Shown here in pieces: positions 1 through 12,508 of a stretch of 64,000 nucleotides of DNA. The notes under the pieces are model-generated. The model did not search any database, was not told where the DNA came from, and saw only the letters and a list, made by a program, of their open reading frames with translations. The stretch spans positions 434,001 to 498,000 of the forward strand of contig SMSO01000032.1 in the NCBI GenBank assembly GCA_004764695.1, read 5' to 3'. The stretch is from Schizochytrium sp. TIO01. Taxonomy: Eukaryota > Protista > Bigyra: Labyrinthulomycetes. The stretch's first letter is position 1. The number at the start of each line of letters is the position of its first letter. The translations under genes and the position numbers were made by a program.

Positions 1-1029
1 TGTACGATCATTCAACTCAGACGTCATGCTAAGTAACAGATTGTCTGCATCACTTAGTTGAACTTCTTCTGTCGATGAGCGCTCTGAGGGTGCAGTTTGC
101 GATCTAGCAGAATAATGTTGGTGTTGGGACAGAAGCTGAAATTCTAAATTAGGACGCGCCGTTAATTGACGCGCGTCGTTTGATCCTGATCCTCCTTGAG
201 GCGGAGTTCTGGAACGTGATCCTGCATGCAAATCGCTTTGGGAATGACGACGCATTGTAGATGCCCCACGTTCCCCCCCACCTGTCGCAGGTGAAAGTCC
301 AGGCCCATATCGCTGCATAGATGTTTCATCAAGTGAAGGGCGTCGTAACCCAAAGGTTTGCAAGACCTTGAGCTTACGCCGAAAGTAGCTTGGTGATCGC
401 TGAGCTCGCTGTAACCTTTGTTCGTCAGCATCTGCATTTTGCCCTGCAGAGTATCGCCGCACTTGCCATTCATATAGACGAGGTTCTTTGGCCATGTGCT
501 GGGCGTTTGATCTCCAGTGCAAGCGGCGCGTGGATTGAGCACCAGGACAAAGATATTTCCCGGAACCAATATTTGCGTATATTGTGACAACATGGCCATC
601 TTCTACGTTGATAAGATCTTTATCACCACGAAAATTGATTTGTTCAGCACCCTGTGAATGGAAAGTGATGAGGCTTGTAGCATCGACAATTTTGGTCTGG
701 CCTACGGTCTGGCCATCGGAAGAATACAAGTAGAATGTAGACTCCAACCCTCGCAGGAAAAACGTAGATGCATAAGCCACAGGGCTTCCAAAGCCGCGTG
801 CTTCATCAATGTTTAAATTGTTCAGTTCCTGCGAGCGTGCATCTGGATCGCTATTGTTTCCTCGATACACTCCTGCTGCATACAGATCATGCTCGTTGTC
901 ATCGTCACCATCATCAAAGTCAAAACCATAATCATTGTGAGTTTGCGGGAGAAATGTGGGCTCTGGCCCACATTCTACAGTACCTCCAACAAAGGAGGGC
1001 AGCGGAAGCAAGCTTAGCCGGTTACCCAT
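1..1029 (-). CDS. Uncharacterised protein, 3' end runs off the left window edge; N-myristoylation-like start, possible beta-trefoil-like segment
   Basis: Manual translation of the minus strand gives an open frame from ATG at 1029 (MGNRLSLLPLPSFVGG...) to position 1 with no stop (343 codons). An in-frame TGA lies just upstream. It is absent from the ORF track because it has no stop in the window. The overlapping track ORFs (162..599, 390..587, 768..1061) are shadows. Confidence 0.8.
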   Translation of the reverse strand, partial: MGNRLSLLPLPSFVGGTVECGPEPTFLPQTHNDYGFDFDDGDDDNEHDLYAAGVYRGNNSDPDARSQELNNLNIDEARGFGSPVAYASTFFLRGLESTFYLYSSDGQTVGQTKIVDATSLITFHSQGAEQINFRGDKDLINVEDGHVVTIYANIGSGKYLCPGAQSTRRLHWRSNAQHMAKEPRLYEWQVRRYSAGQNADADEQRLQRAQRSPSYFRRKLKVLQTFGLRRPSLDETSMQRYGPGLSPATGGGERGASTMRRHSQSDLHAGSRSRTPPQGGSGSNDARQLTARPNLEFQLLSQHQHYSARSQTAPSERSSTEEVQLSDADNLLLSMTSELNDRT

Positions 1030-3913
1030 CCTTGCTCTACCAGCTCAAACTTGGAAATTGAAGTTAAAAATCTCCGCTGCAGTTCTGAAATGAGGAGAAA
1101 CTTGAGTCGCTGGTTTGGAAGGGTAGTTTACCAACGCCCTGTAAGTAATCCTTAAAGCAAATTGATCCGTCTAGGCAAATGTTAAGTATGGTTGGTCTAC
1201 AACTTCGAAGGAAAGGTTTCAACTGAGTATGCGAACCTTGCTTTAAGCTGACAAGGTACCCATGAAAATAACAGAAACAATACCTTTGCAGTATTCTTGC
1301 AGAATAAAGCAGCGGTGAAGTGGTGTAGCCAACTTTCTGCAGTATGGAGAGAACCTTCGCTGCCAAAAGTTAATAATGCGTAGACACGATCAGGTTGGGG
1401 TACTAGCAAAGTTGTACTCCCCAAATGGGACTTGAAGACTGGGGAGGGATGGGTTAGCAATATGCAGCTAGCACAACGGGCCAAGCCTCTTTCTTATCGA
1501 TGAGTCGTTGAACCGAGACTCCCTGGTAGCGCAGACACACAGGGGGGTTGTCAAGTTCGCAAAATCGCCCACCAGATTCCGTCCTCACAGTCCACCCAAG
1601 CTCCGCAAGGTTCGCTTCGCAAGCTCCCGCCCAAAGTTCGTCTTGGCTTGGCAGTTCTCGCTTTGCTTTTACTTTTATTACAGAATACTACTTCTATGTT
1701 AGAAACAATACTCAATTATTCATTGACTCGTCCTCAAAATGACAACTTGGTTTCGACTCACCACGAGTAAGCTAAATAAGGAAGTGGTGGCATTTCATTG
1801 CAGATACAGAGCGTAGCGACCTCCGAGCTTATTTTGTCTTCACAGTAGGAATCAAATTGATCTTTTTGTGGGTTACCTTCGTTTTCAGCTGTGCCGTTCT
1901 CGCAAGTTCGGATCAGGCAGGTATGCAATTTCCCTAGGTATTTTATTAAGGGATACCCTAGGCCACTTGTAAGAAATTCTTTTCTTTTCTTTCTTTTCTT
2001 TCAAGTTCTCTAGATGAAATAAAATAAGATTGGCGGCCTTCGGGACAGACTTTCTAACCCGGTACATAACGTGGACCCCGATAGTCACTTGCGCACGGAG
2101 AAGAGTGTAGGACTCGCCTCAGACACTATATAAAATGCCAGGGCTTTGTGGCATGCCACTTCTAATGGCCCCTCTTACAAAAGATCACGGTGGAGAGCCG
2201 CTCATTCTAGTTACCGGTTGATTCTAGTAAATGTCAATGTCATTTGATAGCTAGGAGTACTCACGTTGGTTTCGTCCACGATGCATGTGAGAGAAACCTA
2301 TGAACACACATTGTTTCAACCGTGAATAAACTAGTATTCTTATGTTCTTTTATCAAAACACTCGGCTGCTCATGCCAATCTCAAACAAATGAAGATCCCT
2401 TCCATTTTGTAAAGTGTGTTTTGAGAATTAAGTTACCCGATAAATTGTAAATGACCGGAATAGTTGGTTCCCAATAACAACAACTAGGTAGGCAGTTTCT
2501 CGAGGGTACGTAAGAATTGCCAAGCGAATGACAAATGTGAAGGCTCGCATTAGTGAGCACAAGACAGACAAAACAGGGTCTGTGGGGTGAAAGGTGGTCA
2601 GTATCGCAAGTAGCAGTTCGGGGAAGCCAAATTATACTAGGCGCGGAACACGATGGTTTTGCAGGAGCCTGTCCTGTGCAAGTAGTCTGAGTTTCAGGTG
2701 CAGCCTCGCTTAGCCTAACTGGCGTCTTGATCCGAATCGAAAATTGCTTTGCGAGTAACAGTTGCTGCCAGTGAGAGAGAGAGGCATTCTAGTTACTCAC
2801 AAGATAAAAAGTATGATCTGGCAATCAAATAGCTAGGTTGTACAACATTTCAAAGCGAATCTTTTCGACAATGGCACGTGCGTTCCCAGTTCCTGACTTG
2901 GTACATAGGAAAAGAGTTGGAGTAATCAAGGCATCTGGCGTTTTTGCTATTTTGGAGATTTTTCAGAAGGAGATGATGCACACGATAGGATAGGAGAAGA
3001 AATTCAAGCTAAGAGAAATCAGATAGAAGGAATAAAAGTTCAATCAGTAGGATATATGGGCAACGACCGCGAAGTGGGCCGCATGCTCCACAGCCAAGAT
3101 GTAAATCTTGAGAGTAGATTTGCGCGCTGACAAGCGGCGATATGTCAACGCAACACTCGGGAGCATATAAACTTCGCGAATAATCTAGTGCATCAGGTCG
3201 GGATGCTTCCTGAGTTGCCATGCTCGGACTGTAAATCGTCCGAACTAAGGCTTGAATGAGAGAATGAATACGATATGTGCGCCTCATTAAAGAGAGAAGT
3301 TGATGTAGATAGCTTTCCCTACGCCTCGAAGTCTCTGACGATATAGGCATTTTCATGAGAATCAGAAGGCAATTTCCCCTTGTAGAGGGTCCGTCTCCAA
3401 CCCTACAGCAGGGACTTTGACTGAGATTCATTCTTGAGGTACTATCGTAGATTGTACAAAGCGTCCTTGCCAATCCGACTATCGAGGGTGATAGATTTGT
3501 TTTGTTGCTCGAAATCCAGGGAAATACACTGGGACGCACATCTCTGAACATTACCAAAGGCTGTTTGACTGCTTTGATTTCTTTCAGAGAAAGATAGTAA
3601 ACGAGCTGATGAAATAAACGGATACCTTGCATGGACGATGATAAGATGAGTGAACGGAAAGAGGAAGCAGAGGTTCAGCAAACACCAAATGTACTAAAGT
3701 CGGCAGATAAAGCATTGAAGAAAGAGTAGGGATCGGGAAACGAATTAGAGAGAGACAGGTGAATCATTCAGTACAGTAACAACGAGCCAGCAGGGCAAGT
3801 CATTTTTGTATGTAGAATTTGCATCAAAAGAGAGGTGAGCAATAGAATGCAGGACAACGTGTTTGCTATTGGGTCGTAGAACTGCGGATCAATATACTGT
3901 TGCGAGGGATCGG

Positions 3914-5452
3914 TCATAAGGAGGCCCGGGGGGCCTCGTTCAGGCGGGAGTACACGTGCTTCTCGAGAAAGGTCCGTGCCACTGGTACAATTTCGTCTTG
4001 GCAAAGAAGGAAGCCGTCATGTCCGTGATCGGAGTCAATGATGAAGAGCTCAGAGTTGGGGAGGTTATCATGAATAAAGAACTGCTCTTCAGGAGGGTAC
4101 AGCGCATCACTGCTAATTGAGACGACAAGCGCAGGCTGGGTCATGCGCTGGAGAACGCCCTCGACACCGCCTTCGCGACCGCGTCCAAGGTCATGGGTAT
4201 CCATCATACGAGTGAGCTTGATGTAACTCAGTGCGTCGAAACGTGAGACGAATTTGGTGCCTTGGTGGCGCAGGTAGGACTCGACCTCAAAGAAGCGCTC
4301 TTGGTCATTTCCTGCAGAGCGAGAGTGCACCTGGCGGCGCCCGAACTTACGTCCGTAGCCAGCGTGAGTGCGGTATGAGATCATAGCCATGGCACGCGCT
4401 ACGCTGAGGCCCCGTGCAGGGAAGGTATTGTGTAACATGTAATCCCCGTCACACCAGTCGGAATCTGCATAAATTGCCTGTCGCTGTGCCTCCGAGATAG
4501 CGATCTGCCATGGGTGGTGTTGAGCACCGCAGCTCATGGGCATGATGGCCTTTACATAATCGCCACCACACGCTGCCCACTCGAGGGTCTGCATACCTCC
4601 AAGTGAACCACCAATGACACATGCGATGCTGCTAGCTTGAAGGTGCTCGCGGACAAGCTTGAGGTGAAGGTTGACACTGTCACGAACAGTGACATCTGGA
4701 AAGCTGCGCCCGTACGGCTGTCCTGTCTTGGGGTTGATGGAGGTCGGACTCGTGGTTCCATAACATGATCCAAGCACGTTCATGCACACGATGAACATCT
4801 TGGAGTCATCAAACAGCTTGCCAGGGCCCAACATGGAACCCCACCACTCATCGAGAGCAGCATTCCCGGTCAGCGCGTGGCATACCACAAGCACATTAGA
4901 TCTGTCCTCATTCATACGTCCATACGTGCGGTAGCGACAAGTGACATCTTGAAGCAAAGCTCCGCTCTCCAGCTGGTACTCAGCAAGCTCGAAAGTGTCA
5001 CCGCTGGCATCAACATTCTTGTACTCATCCTCCTCGTCGTCAGAGAGTCCGTCACTGCCATTTTCGGCATAAATCGGTTGAGGTTTAGCAGCTGAAGCCT
5101 CGCTAGACGTGACGGTGGCCACGCAGCGTCTTTGGTCACGGTTCGAAGAGGACATCTTTGAACTGGTTGGAATCAATGCCTCGTGGCGGGTTGAAGCTCC
5201 TCGACCTGAGTGTAGAAACCTATCCAGGCGATGAAGGTGTTGCTGCTGGCTTCGGCTGAAAGGCTTTGAGGCCACTTCGGCAGAGTCCACGTTGACGGCC
5301 ACAGCAGCGATGCCCCGACCGTCGATGGCAATGGCGGAGAGGTGGTCTTGCAGCGAAGACGCAGCACGAGGAGCGGCAGCAGGGCGTAGGCTCGAGTTCC
5401 GAAGCCCGCCGAGGGGGGCTGCGCGAGCAGCGGCGGCAGACAGCGCACGCAT
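3914..5452 (-). CDS. MET2: Homoserine O-acetyltransferase (MetX/MET2, alpha/beta hydrolase) with a long N-terminal presequence
   Basis: Motifs VVCHALTG, NVLGSCYGT, nucleophile elbow GGSLGGMQ, RFDALSY, ISSDALYP and HGHDGFL. Confidence 0.95.
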   Translation of the reverse strand: MRALSAAAARAAPLGGLRNSSLRPAAAPRAASSLQDHLSAIAIDGRGIAAVAVNVDSAEVASKPFSRSQQQHLHRLDRFLHSGRGASTRHEALIPTSSKMSSSNRDQRRCVATVTSSEASAAKPQPIYAENGSDGLSDDEEDEYKNVDASGDTFELAEYQLESGALLQDVTCRYRTYGRMNEDRSNVLVVCHALTGNAALDEWWGSMLGPGKLFDDSKMFIVCMNVLGSCYGTTSPTSINPKTGQPYGRSFPDVTVRDSVNLHLKLVREHLQASSIACVIGGSLGGMQTLEWAACGGDYVKAIMPMSCGAQHHPWQIAISEAQRQAIYADSDWCDGDYMLHNTFPARGLSVARAMAMISYRTHAGYGRKFGRRQVHSRSAGNDQERFFEVESYLRHQGTKFVSRFDALSYIKLTRMMDTHDLGRGREGGVEGVLQRMTQPALVVSISSDALYPPEEQFFIHDNLPNSELFIIDSDHGHDGFLLCQDEIVPVARTFLEKHVYSRLNEAPRASL

Positions 5453-7091
5453 CAGGAGGGATCGGGATTGCCGCCGCCACCACGAATGGAAACAGAATCA
5501 GCGAATTAATTAAAAATTTGTTGGTCTTTCTGACGATGAATTATGCTAATTAAAAAATGATGATGAAGAAAAAAAAAAGTGACAATCAAACAAACAAACA
5601 AGCAAACAAACAAATGTTTATTACTTATCATAACATGAACTCAAGACCTCCTTCGAAACTCGCCAAATGACCTGAGGGTACAGGGTATCAAGCAACAAGA
5701 AACGTATATCTAGGCATGCCAAAATCCCAACTCAGCGTAGAGACGCCGCGCATCAATGAGTAAAGAGGTTATTTTATTTCCCTGAGTGCAATTATTACCC
5801 ATAAAATGGCGCGGCACTCCACCGATATTTTTATTTTATTAAAGATTAAAAAGAGTGCTAAAAGGATGAAAGAATGAAAGAATGAGCGAATGAAAGAATG
5901 AATAGGCCAATATTGCTCACCTCTACGCAGAGTCTCTGTCGCAAAGCTCTGCCCACGCAGCGATGCTGACACACATACGAGATTCGGAATAAGGGTTTCA
6001 CGAACCAACTGAGGAACGTAGTACTGAGGTCCTGATCGGTTTCCCAGGTATTACGAATGCAACGTGCAACTGCTTTCTCGTGCCTACCATAATGATTGTA
6101 GGTATTGAGAGTGCTTTGCGCCAATAATTCTGAGACTCGAAAGTTCTTTCTATTACATAATAATGTTAAAATACATAGAAACATATGTTTTAATTCTTTT
6201 TCTTTCTTTTCTTTTTTAATGTAATTAATTTCTAAATGAACTACAAATAGTTTGTGGATGGTTGGCCATTCCCTAATGTTAACCGTAGTTGAGCCAATAG
6301 CGCAACTTGTCAATCGATGCATACTGACCTGGCTGGTTCGTCTATTTCTTGGCTGCCTGTGGACTGATGCTATGAATACCAAGAATTGGCAACTGCGCAA
6401 GGACTAGCAGCACTTGGAGAGGTTTCCAAGCTCTTGGACGGAGATAATAATCGCGACTTTACAGTTATTGCCAGCTTCGAGAAGGATTCTCAAGCTTGAG
6501 ACTGAGCAATCCTGAGACTTCTTGGCAAGGGAGGAAAGAGGCCCACTTATAGTAGAACTAGTAGTAACTGCTTAGGTATCCCTAGCAAATTACTATAATT
6601 ATTGTAATTATTGTTAATGTTATTATTACTATTATCATGCCTAGTAATCAATTAATTAATATACTGTTTGGTACGTCTTGGGCATTCCTAATGAGAGAAA
6701 AAGGGAAAGGAAACATTTGTTATGATTTGCCTATTGCTCGACGAAGTGTTTTTTATTTTTAATTTTATTTCATTTTTAAATAATACAGTAAAAGGAGACC
6801 AAACGTCTATAGATATCTATTGTTCGTAGGTATTTAATTTTATGACAACATAGTACGTAAACTCTTTCTCTTTGCATTCTATGAACAAACTCAAAAGCTT
6901 TCCTGTTTTAAAGATTGTTTTTATTTTTATTTATTTTTTAACTTTGGGGAAAGGTAAAAAGGAAGAGGAAGGCGCGGAGGGCCATAGGCCCATATAGTCT
7001 TTCATTAGGGGTCAGGGTCGCCCAAAGGAAAAGTCAAAGTGAGATATGCGTAGGCGACCTTATCTGACTGTTACTGGTTGACAATGGAGAA

Positions 7092-7120
7092 AAGAAAGAA
7101 AGAAAGAAAGAAAGAAAGAA
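7092..7120. repeat. (GAAA)n microsatellite
   Basis: Visible in the sequence. Confidence 0.85.
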
Positions 7121-7520
7121 CAGAGAGAAAAGCCATCGACTTTCGTCACGAAAGCCATCTACCCTAAAAACTAGGCTTACATAAGCCTCTACCACTCGCT
7201 ACAGGTTCGTTAATGGAGGTGGGGAAAGAGTTCACAGCGCTCGTCTCCGATCTCTTCACCCTCCCTCGCTGCTGCAAAAGCTCTCAATGAGCGAATGGTT
7301 CTAGACAAAATCACCCTCAATAACCTGCAAGCGACCTTCCAAAGCGAGGCCACCATGCGGCCTGACGCCACAGCCTGAGGGCGTGGGAAATGCCAACCTC
7401 CAGAGTTGCTTTTACTCTAGGAAGAAAGGCACCTGCCTATATGAATGTGTATATGCATCTATGTATATGCATACATATACATCATACAACTTTAATTAAA
7501 AACGAATAAACAACTAAGAG

Positions 7521-7551
<31 letters not shown>

Positions 7552-7553
7552 AA
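7521..7553. repeat. (GAAA)n microsatellite
   Basis: Visible in the sequence. Confidence 0.85.
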
Positions 7554-10169
7554 CTAAGAAAGTGAAGAAGAAAGAGAGAAGGAAAGAAGGAAATTAAGAA
7601 AGTAAATAGAACAAAATCTTTGATGAAAGATCACCTCTGTCATTCCTAATTGTGCTTAGTAGGAAGAGGAGGAAAGCAGCGAAAGTGGAAATGAAAGAAA
7701 GGCTCGCAGAGAACGGGACCCAAAAGACCCAATGCTCGATGACAATGACCGACGCCGACGCCGACGCCTGCGAGAGCAGAGGGCGAGTGAAGAAAATGGT
7801 AAGCCAGGCAACCAGGGAAAAGCGGAGCTGCGGCAGGTATCTTTCTTTGCCAAGGCTGCGGCGGCGAGTTTGCAGGGTTGACTGGGTATCTGAACGAACA
7901 CCCACCGTCGATCAGCTTGCCAGAGAAAGACCTTGGTACGGACTGGCTGAGCGTGCCTCAGCTCCTAGCATGTTTCGAGCAAAAGCCAAGCAAAAGCGGG
8001 CTTTGCATTGCTTGACCTCCTAGGGTCGAGCAGACTCAGGGCGAGGCATAAGCTCGCTCTGGTGCAGCAATTGGGCGGTTTTATGCTCGAAGTCTGCATG
8101 TGATCATGATAGATCGCTTCGCACACTTGGAGGCTATATACAAATGGAATGCACAAAAAAAGCATGAATTGGATGTTGTAGTAGGTACTACACGTCTCAG
8201 GCACAAGTCGAAGATCGACTGCTGCCAAGTTAACTACACGTGTACGTACCTAGGTACCCTCTGCCAAATTGCGAGCAAACTATCCCAGCTTGAAGACAGG
8301 GGTAGAGCGATCCCCGCAATTTGATGTCTGCATCTGCAAATCGGAGGGGCAGTAGTTACCTACGTGCGTATTCACAATTCTAGCTATTGTGGAAACTCGA
8401 AGAGATCAATGGTCTCACTCACTCACTCTACTCTACGGGGGATTGCAAACGTACTCTCTCTGACGACGGCTCTGGGTTTCAAGAAATCGGGTTGAACCTA
8501 ATCCACCATTCAGGTCCGATTCTACTGTATCTGGTACGACGATGGTCGTGAGTTCGAGAAAGCTCTCGAAGATTAGCAAGTTTCACGCACCCTCAGCGTT
8601 CCATTGCCGAAGTTCTCGTTCTCGGGCACATTGAGCGTCACCGACAGCAAAGAAGACCTTGAAGTGAGTTTCGGATGCACGCTCTGCGATTTTGCCATGT
8701 ATCCTTCTCTCCAACTCCGAGTCACACGGAGATTATGGCCTTGAATGTCCTTGTAGAAAAAATCTTATAGAGAATAAATAACTTGCTACAAGGCCATGCC
8801 TAGCTCGCAGGTGCTACAAACTCCTGGTTTCGTTTTTGCATATGCTCTGACTTGCGTTTTATCCAAGTGGCTTGATGGAAAGCTGAGGGTGGGTAATCAC
8901 TATCGACTTGTACAACTTGAAGAAGCTAGCTAGCTACATTCATCTGCTTCTCTAGACTAGAAGAGAGAGAGAGAGTCCTAACTAAGAGCAATGGGCGCCT
9001 TCACTTGCTTGAAGATGGTAGAAGCTCGAGCAAAGAACATCATTTACTCTTGGGTGCTACAGGCTGGAGTCGATTTTAGTTGTCACTGACTACCAAATAG
9101 ACATAGGTAGTCAGAGGACCGCCATCATCGTCATCATCACTACATCCACTGACACACTCGCTCCTTAGAAACCAATCTATCTATTTATCTATCTATCTCT
9201 CTTGCCATGGTGCTGGAGGCTTTGCAAGCTTTACTTGGTCTCAAAAGCTCAGCTCCGGGCCTTTGACAACTCATAGGTGTGCCTAATTTGATGGCTTCAT
9301 CGATTGCAGAATGTAAATCTTCTTAGCGCAGCTAGAGAGCTAGAGGCACTTACTATGAAGTTATATGGAACATGGTTCGTACTAGTTAGTCTGTAATAGT
9401 GTTTGACACTTACTAAGTTCGATAGACGTAAGTAATTATGCATTACATTATTTGGCTTATTCCTTGACTGATACGACGACAACTTTTGCCATTGTTATCA
9501 CTTAGGATTTTGACTCCGACTTGCTTGCACGTGGCGGTGGAGCCACTGGGTAGAGTTCGAACTGCGAAGCTGTGATAATCATGATGATGACGATGATTAC
9601 CGACTAGCGCCGCCAAGATGGTTAACTAGCAACAGGAAGTATTATTAAGCATTGCTCAAAGCAAGTGAAGTCCATCTTAGTTTATAAAATAAAGTTTGAA
9701 GTTGTGTGAAAAAACTTACTTGCAAATATCCAAAGAGTCGCTTCGTGCCAGGTCCAGACGAGCCAAGAGAGCGAAAATCTCCATAAAGTTGCTCTGTGTT
9801 GGACTTTAAGCAAATTTCATTGAACATCAACAATAGAAGAAGCAAGTTAATCTATGGAGAAAAATATGAATAAATCACGAGAAGGTCTATCAATGAATCA
9901 AATCTTAGATTAAAGTACAGTAAATCTGTTTATATAATAGAGAAAACCTGAGGATACAATAGAGAAAAAAACTCAATCATAGTTCACTCAACCTTGCAGA
10001 GGTTGGCACTTTGACTAGTTGGGCAATCAATATTCATGCGCGTACCTATACAAACTTTCGCCTGAGAGATCGAGGAGGCCGAGGACTGCAGCAAATAGCA
10101 CGTAGTCCTGGTTGTGAAGTGGAAAAGGACCTTGGTTGGACTGATCAAATCTAACAGCAGATACGCAGC

Positions 10170-10847
10170 ATGACGACAATCTTGTACGCCATCGTGGCAC
10201 ACGGCTCGCTGGTCCTGGCAGAGTTTAGCGCGGCAACGGGCGGAAACTATACGCAAGTGGCACAAGAGCTCCTTGAAAAGATCTCGATCGAAAAAGATGC
10301 CCGTATGAGCTACGTTGCAGAAGGTAAATATACTTTCAATTACATCGTTCGGAAGGAGCTCGTGTACCTTTGCCTGGCTGAGCTGTCCGCAGGCAAATCT
10401 GTGCCCTTTGCTTTTCTTGATAAGGTTGCCCGGCTTTTTGAGGAGCGCCATGGTCATGAAGCACGTCAAGGAAGTTCATCGTTTGCTTATAATGCTGACT
10501 TTGCACCAGTGTTGCGCGCTCAAATGGAGTTCTTCTCGTCCAAGGGCAGTACCAAGCTTCAAGAGGTACAGGACAGTTTGGCAAATGTCAAGAGTGTGAT
10601 GCAGGAAAACATCAGCCTTGTGTTGGAGCGCGGAGATAAAATTGATGACCTGGTGGTTCAGAGCGAAGGCCTCATGGACACCTCAGCCAGCTTTCGCACC
10701 GGCGCCTCGCGTCTTCAACAAAAGCTCTGGTGGCAAGACTTTAAAACCAAGATTATCATTGCTGTCATTATTTTGATTGTTCTCGTCCTCATCCTGGCTA
10801 ACTACTGTGGAGGTACTGCCTTTCCTGAGTGTAGTACCGGCTTGTAG
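10170..10847 (+). CDS. VAMP7: Longin R-SNARE, VAMP7/VAMP71-like
   Basis: Longin domain (ILYAIVAHGSLVLAEF...PFAFL), synaptobrevin coil with zero-layer R (VLERGDKIDDL), WW motif and C-terminal TM helix. Confidence 0.95.
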   Translation: MTTILYAIVAHGSLVLAEFSAATGGNYTQVAQELLEKISIEKDARMSYVAEGKYTFNYIVRKELVYLCLAELSAGKSVPFAFLDKVARLFEERHGHEARQGSSSFAYNADFAPVLRAQMEFFSSKGSTKLQEVQDSLANVKSVMQENISLVLERGDKIDDLVVQSEGLMDTSASFRTGASRLQQKLWWQDFKTKIIIAVIILIVLVLILANYCGGTAFPECSTGL

Positions 10848-12508
10848 GAACACAATTTAAGACAGGCGAAATTGCATTATACTTTTTGTAAACAATAATT
10901 AGCACCATCTAGTGTCGCGAGTTTGCTTGTTGCAGAATACTTTCTATCTTCAAAACCTCTGCAATGGTAAGGCCTATGAAGCCTTATCCTGTTTACTGTT
11001 AAAACCTCCTTGAACGAAAATGCCAATCAGCAATTGGAGTTTGTCTTCTCAGACCAGCTGATTTAGGTGCATCCTTTAGAAAGTCCATCTCACAAGAACT
11101 GACACATTATTTTCTCAAGTCGTTTTGTACAATCCTGCAAACTGTTTTTTGTGGAGCAGCAAACTGTACATTTGAGCGGTTGCTGTAGAATATTGGATGG
11201 CCAAGTCTAAGATTCAGCCATCGAGCATGTATTAAAGTCGGCAAGAAGTTTGAGTAAAAGAGACAGCAAGAGACAGCTGCAATAAATGTGTACACTAATA
11301 TTGTTCAATGACATTTTAAGTTCATATTTTTTCTTTCTATAAAACCGACTTCGCAAAGCCAGTGAGCATGGTTGATAGATGATGCTGAAGGGAGGCTCGT
11401 TTTCAAAAGATAGCACCTTATTTTGATTTTCTTTCTTTTAATACCCATATTCTTTCCCTGTTGCTTAGTCATATGAAACATATTAAGACCAAGTGATCTG
11501 TTACCTGAGGATCTTGCCTAGTTGCGTAACCTTTCAAAGCTTGGGATCAGTTATATGTAGAATAATTGTAAGAGTAGTATGCTGGAAAGTTAACGAATCG
11601 AGGCCATGCAACATCAAATTATATCATGGTATTTAAACTCTCTATCTTAAGTGCAAGTGGTTTCAAGTGGCTAAACTTGCGGAATTCTCATTATTTTGTT
11701 CGTATGCTTCCCACTGTGGGAGGTTTTGCTGCGAAGTTTCAGGTTAATCTTTCCCATTCACATTATTCTTGGGTTCGCTGCATCTTGCAACTCAGTTCTT
11801 ACAGCTTCTGCGTAACGACTCGCTCTAGCCAGCGAGCTTCGTCGCTGAGTAACTCGCTGAGTAACTCGTCAGTCTCAGATACTTCTTCCGCACCCCAGGC
11901 TCTGGAGGTTAGATAGCCGTCGCCAGGCGTCTCTGTCGATAGTAAATATGCACCTCTCCGCTTCCACCTTGCGCACTCGGTAACTTATACATACATGGAT
12001 CATCATTATAGTCATGATGCTTCACATTATTTGTTCCAATCAGAACAGTGGACTTCCACACCGTTTTCGCGGCCAGCCAGCTAGTAGGCAATAAGTACTA
12101 CAAGCATCAAGAAGTACCTACCTAGGTTTCTGGTAGTGTCCATGGCAAACGAGCACAGAACCGCGGCAGAAACTCGCCGTAATATGGTTTTCAGCCTAAG
12201 AAGCCAAACCGAAGCCCATTTTGCAAGCGTGTCTGTAGAAAACGGCTGGGTTAGCACCTTTATGAGGAGGGGTTTGTCTAGGCACCTAGCGTATCAATTT
12301 CATTCGCGCTCTAGAATTACAATCTTACAACCTGTGCTACACTGTGTCTTTTAGTTTTTGCCACCCCTCGAGCCGGACACGGCAATTTCTTCGATGATGA
12401 TGATAATGAAGAAACAGAATTGCAGCAGAACTTGAACTTAAACACGGAGGCGCATCGAGGGTTAGATTGAGCTGGCGTGCCTTGAGATAGCGGCTACAGG
12501 GTGCTAGA

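Noticed and set aside
3009-3632. 207-aa ORF on the minus strand
   Set aside because: No recognisable motif and non-coding-like composition; probably UTR or intergenic, though an orphan gene cannot be excluded.
5858-8324. Several 70-180 aa ORFs in the MET2-VAMP7 gap
   Set aside because: They run through microsatellites and low-complexity DNA with no motifs.
8460-8525. CTGACGA...GAAA with a TCGG/CCGA stem, hammerhead-like
   Set aside because: Stem II and stem I cannot form.
9531-9570. GTTCGAAC B-box-like sequence with a small hairpin
   Set aside because: No cloverleaf can be built; not a tRNA.
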